DNA of 64,000 bases from assembly GCA_040954595.2 (NCBI GenBank), contig CM082590.2:3410001-3474000 (forward strand), given 5' to 3'. Position 1 is the stretch's first letter; the number at the start of each line of letters is the position of its first letter. Under the pieces are notes generated by a model. That model saw only the letters and a program-made list of their open reading frames with translations, had not been told where the DNA came from and searched no databases. Both the position numbers and the translations under genes were made by a program. Source of the DNA: Balanoglossus misakiensis. Lineage: Eukaryota > Animalia > Hemichordata. Below are positions 22,201 to 37,200 of this stretch, piece after piece.

Positions 22201-25200
22201 AAAACACTCGATGCAGTTTTTATATTCCACATTTTAAACGAATTTTGACAGTTTTTACTGAGAAAGAAACATGACGGGAAAGAAGCAAGTGCGGTTCATC
22301 AGTTATTGTGCCGTAAAATTTACCCAGCGCCAGGCTTTGAGTCTATTGACACAATTTTGGTGTGACCATGAAGTAACGTCAAAGCCATTGTGAAATTTTA
22401 CAAAGTTTGCATAACGAGGAAATCCTAGAATAACACTGCCCGACCATTGATAACCGATTCCACAGCTTCAGTAGTATTCAATAATGCATCATGTAAAGGT
22501 TCCTGTTCTCAAGATGTTGAAATTTGCTTAAGACACAATTTTGGATTCAGTTTCCGGTTCAAGAAAGTAAATGTTATCAATTTTAACTCTATAAACCGTC
22601 ATTAGATTAATGGAATAATATTAAATATGCCCCACCGACAAATACTTGGAGCATTTTACAAGTTTCTCTTGTGAAAAGCCACCGATCTTACCGATTTATG
22701 AAAACAAACAACTGTAATAAAATGACCATTCCCCACTGGCCAAAACTGTACGCGTGGTTTGGATGTTCAAAGCTACAATGTTGTCTCTGACACCGTGATA
22801 AGGTCAATAGAAAAAATATTAAATAGGCCCGACCGACAAATATCTGGAGCATTTCACAAATTTCTTTTAAAGTGTCATAAGTATCCGAATTACCCATTTA
22901 TGAAAAAAAACACGGTAATAAAATGACAAAACCCTGCTGGTATATACTGTACACGTGGTTTGGATGTTTAAAGCTATATTGTCTTCAACTTCAACGCTAT
23001 TGAATAGATACAAAACAAAAATGATTTCCACACAGTCAGCCAATAGGTTGGGGAGTCAGAATAATCTTAGGTACTTTCACGGCCAATAACCATCCACATG
23101 ATGTACCCGACAATATCAACGAAAAACGGGATGATATTAACGTTGGAATTTCGCGAATGTACGACGTCGTGAATATTTCCAGAAAGAGACAAAATTCTTG
23201 CCTACGTGCGAAACTTAAACAGGAAGAGTCAGTATGTCCACAATGCAAATCAAAAACTCGCCCCGGTCCGCCATATTCCAAGCAAATTTCGGGTAAAATC
23301 CTCAACATATCAAATCCCTCGTCAGAAGAGAGAAAAGGGTGTTGACCTTAATACAACAGCTAAGGACCACACTACCCAGACAGTTCCACTGTGGTCACAG
23401 TTTCCACTAAATGACAGGAAATCACCAAACGAAATTAGTAATGTTTCCACTCTCCCCTGAAATTCTCGGCCAGCGACTGTATAGACAGGAGAATAAAGCA
23501 AACGTGACGGGTAGCCCCACGCTTCGATGTGTAAACCGCACCAGGGATCTACCTCACCGTTTACAGAAAGCACTCGCGATGCAAACTCATCACAACAATG
23601 ATTCGCTGCTGCTTCACCCTAAACTTTCGCGATTCTCAAATTACTTCCTCGTCAATATCGTCAAAATCAAAACACATCGTTTTGTTATCAGACATTTTAG
23701 GCATATTTTTCAAAATAACTTCAACGGGTGCAGGTGGGAAGAATGCAAATTGAACATACGATCCGACCCCGAATTTTTTTTTTCTAATCATCAAACGTTT
23801 CTGCGCCACACACACAACACACGCACATACTAACACACACAATACCTTTAAACGAAAACTTGTCCCCAAAGTAAAGCCACCAAAACAACTCAATTTATAA
23901 CGCTTACATCACCTTGTGCAATGAGGCCGGTTCTAACTTACCTTGCTTTGTATGTTGACAGAGCATCTGGCTTTCAGTAATAACAGTGCTGCTCCTTCAT
24001 GACCATTGTATGCTGCCAGGTGAATAGGTGTGTCACCAAGCTGTAAAATACAAAGACATATCAGACATCAACACTGCAGTACTAGTTAATGAATGTGGCA
24101 TTCTTATGAATCATAATAAGCAATCCGGTACTCTTTCGGGCTTTATTTGAAGATTTACGTAATAATGCACATTAAATAGAAAACTGTTGATTTTGTTATT
24201 TATTATTACAATACCTTTAATCAATAGTGATAACATTTTCAAGGGGGACACCATGACAGTTGTTATGATTAATGGTTTATGTGTACAACAACCTTTACAT
24301 CAGAGAAGCAATAATTGTTTCCGATGGGTTGTTGAGAATGTTGCTACATAAATTCGCCTTATGTGTAAATGCCGGATATTTTACCACTATGGGGAAAAGT
24401 GTCCTGCGACTTAATCAGTCGATAATAGTATTGGACCGTAAGATAAATCTTGGGATTTTAGCCTTCCCGAACGAATGTGGCCATTTCTTTTAATGTCGAA
24501 GTCGAATATCTCATGTCTGTTTTACAAAAACATTTCGGTGCCTATGATGGCACATTTCAATCGATCGGTCGTTGATGGGGTGTTTTTACAGGACCTTGAA
24601 AGATTTAGCCTGGAGCAGGGCATCTCGATTCAACCCTTCTCTTTATCTTACTCAGGAGTGACGCTGGGCGACCATACAACGTTGGGCGATCTCTTTTACA
24701 GTTATATACAACATCGACAAACAACAGCAAGGAATGCTTCATTGTGTTTTAAAAATATTATCATCCTCATCATCATCATCATTATTTCATCAACAACAAC
24801 AAACAAACATTCACTGTCCACTGTAAGTTTACAGCGATGCATGTGCAGATGTGACATGACTGCGATCGCCATGTAACCACAGGTAACTGTTACGCGAGTG
24901 GCACTGTGTGCACACTCAAATCTCTCTAGTTTGAGATAATCCGAACTGATATTTGGTGTCAATTCAAATACGCGAAATCGAACATCATAAGAGGTTGTTA
25001 AACGAAGTGAAATATGAGATAGACTTCAAGAGTACCACTGCTTTAACCCACCGACTGTACTGCTCAGATCCGTCTACACAAAACAAACAGATGGAACACA
25101 CAGTAGCTATTTCTACAAGGAAATGCCACGTGTTAAATCATTTATATACATGTGAAAACTGACGTTTCATCACGTTTTATGAGCGGAGGGATTTTCACAA

Positions 25201-28200
25201 CTCTACTGTATGCAAACCACGCCTCTGGTTGGAATTTACTTGAGTATTGGAATGTGACAGTCGGGACAATTTTCATGGTTTTCTTGTGTTAAACTTTAAG
25301 TTCTCGTGGGGCTGAGACTGACATAAGACGGCATTACGATAGTGATAGTACGAGCACGAGCATCATTTTGTCAGTAGGACTGCCGCTTTATAGTGAGGGC
25401 GGCGTAACCAAAATTTTCATATCGAGTGGCTCAGAAGGGTGTTTATGTGTAATAGACGAATTGCGATAGAGAGCCACTAAATATCTGTTAACGTTAAAGG
25501 GTGGCCATGGCAACTATTTTAAAACTAGTTTAATTATACAGTGGTAAAAAGCGTTAGCGTTACGTCCAAAAGAAGTCGACCACTTCCCCATTGTTAGCTT
25601 GCGTTACACGGCCTCCACCGGTCGCTTACCGCCGGGAATTCACAGACCTGTACGCAGGGCTAGGAACACACATTCATGTACGCACAGAAACATACGACAC
25701 AACCCAACACAGAACTCAGGCTCGGCATGAACTGAAATAGGCAAATGCTCCAACAAAGCCAGAGTTATGACCGCATGTACATGTAGACTCATACACGGCC
25801 GCCAAGCAGAAAATTTGTTTCGGGATTTTGACAAATAACATCGGAGGAGGCAAGTGACAGGCAAACATCAGGAAACAGATTATTTCTCATGGAACGCGGA
25901 TACGGCGTGATTTCAATATTACATACACGTGGTGGGAAAGTATTTAATATAAAATCGAATATATTTAATATAACGCATGTTGACAGCAATACGTGGCAAG
26001 CCAAGTTCTGACAGGAACATTACGATATTATTGGTGAACTTGTAGGGCTTCCTAGCAGCCAGCAATGCGCGGAATTAGCATATCCTCCGGCGGAACACCT
26101 GCATTTCCACAACTACTGAACCCAACTCTGAAAAGGTTGGATTTTCAGAAATTTGCACTTACTTTCATTCCATTCTTCGTACAACGGAAGATGTGGAACA
26201 CGTTTTGCTTTACAAAAATCTACGTTTTTCACTAGCTACCCCCTTCATTTGCATATCACGCCCTTTCCGGTAACAACAAACTGTACCAGGAAAGGCCTAC
26301 ACTAGATGATATCATGTCTTCGTACAAACACAGAGAAATAAACTGTCAGGTTTAATCCCCCTGAAATTGTTCCTTGCCTTTATGCAAAATACATAATTTT
26401 TCCAGATATCGACCGACCGTGTTATGGCAAGTGTCCACGGCTGTTTAGCCAACATCGCTAAAGTTATTATAGGCTTATATGAGCATTTGTGAACATATAA
26501 GCAGTTAAGCGTAGGTCACACTATACATGTATAGGGCTTAGTTGATATACTCGATTCAACAATGGCGCGATTCAAGCACCTGTACCACCTGTTGCAGTCA
26601 CCTGTACAACAAGCTGACTGACTAAATATACTAGGAATGGGACAACAGTGTGATAAGTTTTATCAGCGAAATCTAACCGACGTGTCAAGCTCAGTGCAAT
26701 TCACGGCCGGGTTAACGCAGATTTGAGTCTTAGCAAGGCAGGCTTCTCTAGCTCGAGTGGTCGTCGCGTCGAGCGCTCTGCATGGATGATACACGTCCTC
26801 CTATACCAGCACAAACCCCACTGCAGTCGCCTCGACCTACTAGGATTTTTAATTGCCGTCATGCCCAGTCTACGCTGCAGTGGGCTGCTTTGTTCATTAA
26901 AACTCATTCTAAAAATAGAGTGGTCGTCGCGTCGAAAATCCAATATGGCCGCCATAATCTTCGACCAATCACAACGCTCTTTATCAAACTTGATAGACAT
27001 CAGATAGGGGGTCAAAGGGGTCATGAAAAGTAGCAAAATATTTTGATCACACACTAATCCACATTCATCAAAAACCAAACGTCTAGCCCTATAGGTTAGC
27101 CTGGAATTAGATATGCAGAAATACTAACGCGTGATAAGTAGGTCAAAGGTCATGTGAAAAATCGCCAAAAAATTGTAACATATTTTAGTCACATGACGAT
27201 TGATATCCATGAAAAGAATTTGTATGCTTGCGCTTGGGCCCTAAATATAGCTGCAAGCAGCGATGACGGGCACAAGCTTAAGCCGAAGGTCAAAGGTCAT
27301 ATGTGGTCACCCAAAAATTGGGCAAAAAGTTTTGACCCCCATACTAGTCCAGGTCCAACAGACACCAGACCTCTAGCCCTATTGGTTTGTCTGAAATTAG
27401 ATATGCGCATAATTAATGATGTAAAGTGTAAGACTCTATCAATAGTTCGATCAATCCAAACACAAATGCTGTACCTCTTCTGGATGCCGAGATATAGGAA
27501 AGTAGGTCAAAGGTCACCTCAGGCCATCCGACAGTTTAGCAAAAAAAATTGACCCCATACCAGTCCAGGTCCAACAAAAATCAGGCATCTAACCCTATTG
27601 GATCGCCTAGAATTAGATATGCACATAATTAATGAGGTAAAGTATAAGGCTTCATTAGGAGTTCCATGCCTCCAAATGCCAAGGCCGTATCTGCGCTGGT
27701 TGCCGAGATATGGTAAAGTAGGTCAAAGGTCACCTGAGGTCACCCAAAATTGGGCAAGAAATTTTAACCCCATACTGGTCCATGTTCAACAAAAATCAAA
27801 CCTCTAGCCCTATTGGCTAGCCTGGAATTAGGTATGCACATAATTAATAAGATAAGCAGGTGTCACAGGTGACTCCTAATTTTGTCTTTTCAATTTTAGT
27901 CACAACCCTCCAAACGCCAAGTCTGTACCTGCTGTGGATGCCGAGATATAGGAAAGTAGGTCAAAGGTCACCTGAGGTCACCCAAAATTTGGGCAAAAAA
28001 TTTTGATCCCATACTGGTCCATGTCCCACAAGAACAAAACCTCTAGCCGTATTAGTTAGCCTGGAATTAGGTATGCACATAATTAAATATAGCTGCAAGC
28101 AGCGATGACGGGCACAAGCTTAAGCCGAAGGTCAAAGGTCATATGTGGTCACCCAAAATTTGGGCAAAAAGTTTTGACCCCCATACTAGTCCAGGTCCAA

Positions 28201-31200
28201 CAGAAACCTGACCTCTAGCCCTATTGGTTTGTCTGAAATTAGATATGCACATAATTAATGATGTAAAGTGTAAGACTCCATTAAGGTAGTTGGAAAGGCT
28301 ATTTTTGAAGCAAATTCTCTCAATGTTTGTGAATTTATTTTCACAAGTTAGAATAAAGATAATGACTTGAAATTTGCAGCATGTATTCTTAACAAACTAA
28401 ACAGTGAGGGAAAAATATGACTGTAAAAATATCTGGTAAAATTATGAAATTTGATACGCCTAAATATAAATATTCATAATTTTACAAAATATTGATTGAA
28501 TCTTGACATGTTTTCACAAATTATTGAATAATTTGTATTCATTTTAATATGAAGCAACCCCTCCAGCAATGTATGGGACACTTTCAGCAAAAACTTATTT
28601 TTTTCAAAGTTATCACTCAGGAAAACACAGTTTTTGTTGATATTTTGTATACAACTTTAACGTGCTGCCAAAACACAACGGGAAAACTTATGAAAAAACT
28701 GTCCCGTAAAATTGTTCTTTGGGATGTCCCGAGCCTTTCCTGAAAGTTTCATGATAAAAAAAATATCTGGCATACCATTTCAATCACAAATAAAAACCAT
28801 AACATTCCGGCGAAGGGCAGAAAAGTAGCGAAATACGCAAAGTTTAGCGGCAGTTCACGGCGAAGGATCGCATTTATCTGGGTCAAACGCTTTTCCGCTG
28901 GCCTTTCAGGTTCCCTAGAAATGCAAAAATGTCCATAATTTGGCAGCCTTTAATAAACAAGCAAGGTTATCTATCGCTGAAAATTGCAAGAATCAGTGTT
29001 TGCAAGTTACATTTAAATGCCCTTGGCTAGGGGAACCCGTCCTTGTGCACATCGCCTAGGAGAAGTCTTCCCCAAGAGGGCGCTCAAATAAGGCTCCCTA
29101 GCTTCCTTGCCAGATGTATGAAATTAGGTATCATAACACCAGCCATATCTTGTTACACGTTTATTGCCCCGAATTTTTCATTAGTTTAATTTTTCTCTAA
29201 TACATTTCTAGATATAAATTCAGTGTTTTTAAATGAAATTTTAACTGACGCCCTAGCCTTTCCAACTACCTTAATAGTTCGATCCATCCAAACACAAATG
29301 CTGTACCTGTTCTGGATGCCAAGATATAGCAAAGTAGGTCAAAGGTCACCTGAGGTCACCCAAAATTTGGGCAAAATTTTTGACCCAATACTGATCCATG
29401 TCCCACAAGAACAAAACCTCTAGCCCTATTGGTTAGCCTGGAATTAGGTATGCACATAATTAATGAGATATGCAGGTGTCACTGGTGACCCCAAATTTTG
29501 GCTTTTCAATTTTAGTCCCAACCCTCCAAACGCCAAGTCTTAGCTTGCTCTGGTTGCCAAGATATGGTAAATTAGGTCAAAGGTCACCTGAGGTCATGCA
29601 AATTTTGGGCAAGAAATTTTGAGCCTATACTGGTCCATGTTCAACAAAAATCAAACCTCTAACCATATTGGTTAGCCTGGAATTAGGTATGCACATAATT
29701 AATGAAATAAGCAGGTGTCACAGGTGGCAATTTTTTTTTAACCATACTGGTCCATGTCCAACAAAAACCAAAACTCTAGCTCTATTGGTTCGCCTGTAAT
29801 TAGGTATGTGCATATTTAATGAGGTCAGCAGGTGTCACAGGTGACCCAAAAATGTGGCTTTACATTTTGGTCCCATCCTGCCAAATGCCATGGCTGTATC
29901 TGCTCTGGATGCTGAGATATGCGAAAGTAGGTCAAATGTCACAAGAGGTCACCCAAAATTTGGGCAAAAAATTTTGATCCCATACTGGTCCATGTCCAAC
30001 AAAAACCAAACCTCTAGCTCTATTGGTTGGCCTGTAATTAGCTATGCACATAATTAATGAGGTCAGCAGAGGTCAAAGGGGTCATGAAAAGTAGCAAAAT
30101 ATTTTGATCACACACTAATCCACATGCACCCCCGTGGAAGAGCTGCATTTCCACAGCTACTGAAGATCCAACTCCGAAAAAGTTGGATTTTCAGAAATTT
30201 AATTCCACTTTCCTCGTGCAACGGTAGATTCGGAACATGTTTTGCTTTCAAAAAATCTACGCTGGACGCCCATTTGTGTAGTGCGCCCTTTACAGTAACA
30301 ATAAACTTTACCAGGAAATGCCTACACTAGATGATTTCATGTCTTCGTACAAACACAGAGAAATAAACTGTCAGGTTTAATCCCCCTGAAAATTGTCCTT
30401 GCCTCAATGCAAAGTACAGAATGATTGTTCAAGACATCGACCGACCGCGTTATGGCAAGTGTCCACGGCTGTTTAGCCAACATCGCGAAACTTAGATTAT
30501 AGGCTTATATTGAGGATTTGGGAACAGATAAATAGTTAGGCGTAGGTCACACACACTATATATAGGGCTCAGTCGATATACTCATGTCATCAATGGCGTG
30601 ATTCAAGCGCCTGTACCACCTAACCATATTGGTTAGCCTGGAATTAGGTATGCACATAATTAATGAAATAAGCAGGTGTCACAGGTGACCCCCAATTTTG
30701 GCTTTTCAATTATAGTCCCAACCCTCCAAACGCCAAGTCTGTACCTGCTATTGATGCGGAGATATAGGACAGTAGGTCAAAGGTCACCTGAGGTCACCCA
30801 AAATTTGGGCAAATTTTTTTAACCTCATACTGGTCCATGTCCCACAAGAACAAAACCTCTAGCCCTATTGGTTAGACTGGAATTAGGTATGCAGATAATT
30901 AATGAGATAAGCAGGTGTCACAGGTGACCCCGAATTTTGGCTTTTCAATTTTAGTCCCAACCCTCCAAACGCCAAGTCTGTAACTGCTCTGGATGCGGAG
31001 ATATAGGAAAGTAGGTCAAAGGTCACCTGAGGTCACCCAGAATTTGGGCAATTTTTTTTTAACCCCATACTGGTCCATGACCAAAAAGAACGAAACCTAT
31101 AGCCTTATTTGTTAGCCTGGAATTAGGTATGCGCATAATTAATGAGATATGCAGGTGTCACAGGTGACCCCCATTCTGGCTTTTCAATTTTAGTCCTAAC

Positions 31201-34200
31201 CCTGCAAGCGCCAAGTTTGTACCTGCTCTGGATGCCAAGATATGGTAAAGTAGGTGAAAGGTCACCTGAGGTCACCCAAAATTTGGGCAAGAAATTTTGA
31301 CCCCATACTGGTCCATGTCCCACAAGAACAAAACCTCTAGGCCTATTAGTTAGCCCAGAATTAGGTATGCACATAATTCATTAGTTAAGCAGGTGTTACA
31401 GGTGAGCCCGAAATTTTCCCTGTTATTTTGGTCCCATTGTGCTCACTGCCCAATAGACAGTCACTGTACAGGACCGTTGCACAGACCAGAATTCCACACT
31501 AAGACGTGTACATAGCTTAACTATAGAGGTATATTAAAGGTATACGGTCACCTATACAAATTTAGCCACAGTTACCATGGTAAATCGAGATTTAACCAAT
31601 CACAGATTTTCAGTGGGTGGCACACGCGAAAATAAAGCGTTCTTTAGAACACTCAAATACGCCATTTCAACTATATATGGCGATATGTAAATTGGAGGTG
31701 ACCGTATACCTTTAAGTAAAAAGGTATAAATTTAATTTAAAACATAAATATTAAAAAATCGGTCGATTTTTCATATTATTTTTTTTCGCTTAAAATGATT
31801 GACAAATGCTAGGCTAGCTGCACACCAAAGTTTGAGATGATTTTGAGATATGTATGCATATTTATCCAAAATAATATGTGGTCATAGCTTTACTATGTAA
31901 CGTATAGGCCCATGGCTTGGGCGAAAAATATGAAAAATAATACTTAAAAATCTTCTTCTCAAAATTGACATGGCCTATGACCTTGAAATTTGGCATGTAT
32001 GACAATGACCCCATGGTCAGCAAAAGTTGCTAAAAGAATTTTGATATCTCCATGCATATGCAAATAAGGCCGATTTGAAAATTTTGCCCAAATATGGACA
32101 TCAGGTCACATGACTTATTAAACATTCACAAGGGTACAGCTCATGCTCTTATTGGCCTGCACCATTGTGCCAAGTTTGAGATTTGTAGGTTCAGCCGTTT
32201 TCAAGATGTACTTGACGAAAAAAACGGCACAAGAAGAAGAAGATTAAAGCTGCAAGCAGCATTGTCGGGCCCAAGCGCTGATCTCGAATTATATATGCAC
32301 AGTATGAATGAGAAGAAACAGAATTTTCTATAGGGTGTATTATCTCATGACATAACAAGGACGTGTATTTTTGCTGCTAAAATAGGGTAAAGTAGGTCAA
32401 AGGTCACCTGAGGTCACCCAACATTTTGGCAATTTTTTTTTAACCATACTGGTCCATGTCCAACAAAAACCAAAACTCTAGCTCTATTGGTTCGCCTGTA
32501 ATTAGGTATGTGCATATTTAATGAGGTCAGCAGGTGTCACAGGTGACCCAAAAATGTGGCTTTACATTTTGGTCCCATCCTGCCAAATGCCATGGCTGTA
32601 TCTGCTCTGGATGCTGAGATATGCGAAAGTAGGTCAAATGTCACAAGAGGTCACCCAAAATTTGGGCAAAAAATTTTGATCCCATACTGGTCCATGTCCA
32701 ACAAAAACCAAACCTCTAGCTCTATTGGTTGGCCTGTAATTAGCTATGCACATAATTAATGAGGTCAGCAGAGGTCAAAGGGGTCATGAAAAGTAGCAAA
32801 ATATTTTGATCACACACTAATCCACATGCACCCCCGTGGAAGAGCTGCATTTCCACAGCTACTGAAGATCCAACTCCGAAAAAGTTGGATTTTCAGAAAT
32901 TTAATTCCACTTTCCTCGTGCAACGGTAGATTCGGAACATGTTTTGCTTTCAAAAAATCTACGCTGGACGCCCATTTGTGTAGTGCGCCCTTTACAGTAA
33001 CAATAAACTTTACCAGGAAATGCCTACACTAGATGATTTCATGTCTTCGTACAAACACAGAGAAATAAACTGTCAGGTTTAATCCCCCTGAAAATTGTCC
33101 TTGCCTCAATGCAAAGTACAGAATGATTGTTCAAGACATCGACCGACCGCGTTATGGCAAGTGTCCACGGCTGTTTAGCCAACATCGCGAAACTTAGATT
33201 ATAGGCTTATATTGAGGATTTGGGAACAGATAAATAGTTAGGCGTAGGTCACACACACTATATATAGGGCTCAGTCGATATACTCGTGTCATCAATGGCG
33301 TGATTCAAGCGCCTGTACCACCTGTTGCAATCGTCTCTACAACAAGCTGATTGACTAAATACTTGGAATCGGACAACAGTGTGATAAGGTTTATCAGCGG
33401 AATCTAACCGATGCGCCAATGCAATGCAGGGCCGAGTTAACGCAGATTTGAGTCGTAGCAAGGCTGGCTTCTCTAGCTTGAGTGGTCATCGCGTTGAGTG
33501 CTCTGCATGCATGATACACGTCCTCCTATACCAGCGCAAACCCCACTGCAGTTGCCACGACCTACTAGGATGTTCAGTTGCTGTCATGCCCAGTCTACGC
33601 TACAGTGGGTTTCTTTGTTCATTCAAAAAATAATTCTTAAAATAGAATTTCAGGGATTTGTGGGCAATTTTTTCCAACAAACAATGCACACAAGCGCAGC
33701 GTGACGAGAGCTTCCGTTTGAAGTTTTATAACCAGTTCGTATAATTTAATGTGGGGTGGCAGGCTATATATTTATTGATCATTACTGGAATAGAGGATTT
33801 CCTTCATGCTGTTATCAGTAAGAGGGGCTCTCGTTTATTGGTCCTATATTATGATACACACTAATATTTACATATAAATCTGCTGATCTTGATCTCACAT
33901 TCAACAAAACAAACAAATTAATTTCTCTTTTTAAATCATGACAAACTGTGCTTTTAAAGAAAAAAAACATTGAAATATTACATTTTTTAAGAATCCATAA
34001 TTGACAAGACAGGCTGTCATTGGTAATATTATATTGTAGCGTCTGGGTGGTTGGGAATAAAGCAGAAGGATAGACGTTAATTATTTATGTTTATTTACCT
34101 ATGTTCAAAAATGTGTGTTATTGATAATAAAACATGTCAACTGATGTGTGAGTGTAGAATAGAATTAGTGTGATTACATTAACTTACGTTGTTCTGCACG

Positions 34201-37200
34201 TCGATGCTGGCATTGGATTGCAGTAGAAGTTTCACCACGTCACCATGGCCATTCCGTGCTGCATTGTGTAACGGTGCCCAACCATACTGTGGGAATACAA
34301 CAAAATGTGTCACTGAAAATCCCTGACTATAAGCGTAAAATGGAACACGCAATGTTTCATTAAGCATGCACTGCTACACACATTCTGAAACATTCATTTG
34401 TGAGATGGCACAACATGTTTTGCCGAAAGTTTTTTTTTTTTTTTTTTTTTTTTTTTGGGGGGGGGGGGGGGGGTTAATTAATAGTAGGATACATCCCAGT
34501 CCCCCTACGCAATGGACATGAATGCATGATGTTGTGTTAGGGCTCTGTCCTTTGAGGGTACATTAACATTACAGTTATTCGTTTACTTGAGATTTATGAT
34601 ACACGCATGTGTTGTTTTCATTTGAAGATGCCCTCTGTACAATACCTCAAACTGACAATGATCTCAATATTATAAAAGCCTAGACAGCAGTTTCATTACC
34701 CCTTCAAAGAGCATTGGAATTAGCCAATCAAAGAACGGCAATTATGAATCAAAGGTAAGAAATATGCGGAACCACTATTGACATTCAAATGATTATAGTA
34801 GACTTCAGCCAGAAAACTTTATTTTAGTCTCGCTGGCCAGACCTCACTCTCTGTCATTCGACGGTATAGCCACACGAAGTGCGCCACGAACGATGAAGCC
34901 ACAAGAATCGAGCATCGGAGACAGCGACACCGCTTGTGGCGCCCTTTGTGTGCCTGGCCGCGACGTCGACGTGTGGCGAGGTCTGGCAGGCGAGTAGTCT
35001 CGGTTACCCAGAGCCCTCTGCTTCTTCCGTTGGGCACTCCAGAAAGAGGGTCTGGGGAAACACCATAGACAAATTGATGGCCGACTTGAGACAAAAGGCA
35101 ATGCAGAAGCGGTCCAGAAATATCATGCAAGGGGTGAAGGGAACAGCGTTCAGCTGTCTCGATGGACGCTAAAATGACGGATGCAATGCACTGAGTGTGT
35201 AATGTGTTGAAAACTGCATCTGCTGGATCTGAACCATTAGCCCAACCAAAGTCATCTAATTAATGCATCGGTACACACAAACATACAACACAACCCAACA
35301 CAGAACTCAGCACTTGGCATGAACTGAAAGCAGCAAATGCTCCAGCGAAGCCAGAGTTATGACCGTATGTACATGTATACTCATACACATCTGAATGTCA
35401 AGTTTGCATTGGCTTTATGGCTGCCAAACAGAAAGTTTGTTTCAGGGTTTTGACAAATATCTTTGGACAAGTGACAGGCGCGCATCAGGAAACAAATTAT
35501 ATCTCATGAAACGCAGGGACAGTGGGATTTTCACTATTACCTACAGTCATAAATTGCGACAACATGGGGTGGGAAAGCATTTAAAATAAAATTAGACGTG
35601 ACCACAGCAACATGTGACAAAAGGCGAGTCAAGTTCTGACAGGAACATTGTGATCGTACTGGGGAACTTGTAGGACTTCCCAACAGCCAGCAGTCTGGAC
35701 ATTTCAACTGAAGACATAGCTGTGGAAACGCAGCTCTTCTGTCGGGGGTGATGTGGGGAATGAACTATCCCCCCCCCCCCCTGGTAGAACAGCTGCATTT
35801 CCACAGCTACTGAAGATCCAACTCAGAAAAAGTCGGATTTTCAGAAATTTAAATCCGATTTCCTCGTGCAACGGAAGATTCGGAACGTGTTTTGCTTTCC
35901 AAAAATCTATGCTGGACGCCCAATTGCGAAATACGCCCTTTACGGTAACAATAAACTGTACCAAGAAACGTCTACACTAGATGATTTCATGTCTTCGTAC
36001 AAACACGGAGAAATAAAGTGTCAGGTTTAATCTCCCTGAAATTTTTCCTTGCCTTTATGCAAAGTACAGAATAATTTTTCAAGACATCGACCGACCGTGT
36101 TATGGCAAGTGTCCACGGCTGTTTAGCCAACATCGCGAAACTTATTATAGGCTTATATTGAGCATTTGTGAACAGATAAACAGTTAGGTGTAGGTCACAC
36201 TATACATGTATAGGGCTTAGTTGATATACTTGTGTCAACAATGGTGCGACTCAAGCGCCTGTTCCACCTGTTGCAATCGTCTCTACAACAAGCTGACTGA
36301 CTAAATATACTAGGAATGGGACAACAGTGTGATAAGTTTTATCAGCGAAATCTAACCGACGTGTCAAGCTCAGTGCAATTCACGGCCGGGTTAACGCAGA
36401 TTTGAGTCTTAGCAAGGCAGGCTTCTCTAGCTCGAGTGGTCGTCGCGTCGAGCGCTCTGCATGGATGATACACGTCCTCCTATACCAGCGCAATCCCCAC
36501 TGCAGTCGCCACGACCTACAAGGATCTTCAGTTGCTGTCATGCCCTGTCTACGCTACAGTGGTCTGCTTTGTTCATTCAAAAAAAATAATTCTTAAAATA
36601 GAATTTCAGGGATTTGTGGGCAATTTTTTCCAACAGACAATGCACACAAGCGCAACGCGACGAGAGCTTCCGTTTGAAGTTTTATAACCAGTTTGTATAA
36701 TTTAATGTGGGGTGACAGGCTATACATTTATTGATCATTACTGGAATTGAGGATTTCCTTCATGCTGTTATCAGTAAGAGGGGTTCTCGTTTATTGGTCC
36801 TATATTACGATACACACTAATATGTACATATAAATCTGCTGAACTTGATCTCACATTCAACAAAAACAACACTTCCTGCATTGAATGATTGATTTCTTTT
36901 TTTAATCATGACAATTTGTGCCTTTAATGAAAAAAATACATTGAAATATTAAATGTTGAAACAATCCATAATTAAACAAGGTTGTAAAGTTTGAGACGTT
37001 GAAAACATGGCAGAGGGATAGTCGTCAACTATTTTTATATTGACCTAATTTCAAAAATGTGTGATATTGATAGTTAACAGTGTCAGCTGATGTGTAAGTG
37101 TAGAATAGAATTAGTGTGATTACAGAGGCTCGATTACATTAACTTACGTCGGTCTGCACATCGACGCTGGCATTGGATTGCAGTAGAAGTTTCACCACGC

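Larger units (their letters stand above)
26925..32826 (+). mobile_element. Smaller array of the HINE-like family inside a ROCO intron
   Basis: Family starts AGCTGCAAGCAGC near 27249, 28091 and 32244; ~181-bp GTAGGTCAAAGGTCA subrepeats; half terminator GCGCTTGGGCCCTAA near 27230-27244; nested insertions. Confidence 0.8.

Noticed and set aside
20680-23900. Possible decayed coding sequence (transposon or viral) in the intron
   Set aside because: Composition looks coding-like, but hand translation gave many stops and no motif I could recognise; needs tBLASTx/HMM search.
26560-26830. Cys-rich minus-strand peptide (CCTGDCNRWY) reminiscent of a PHD finger in the duplicated intronic segment
   Set aside because: Interrupted by stops, frame not kept between copies and no splice signals; too weak to call.
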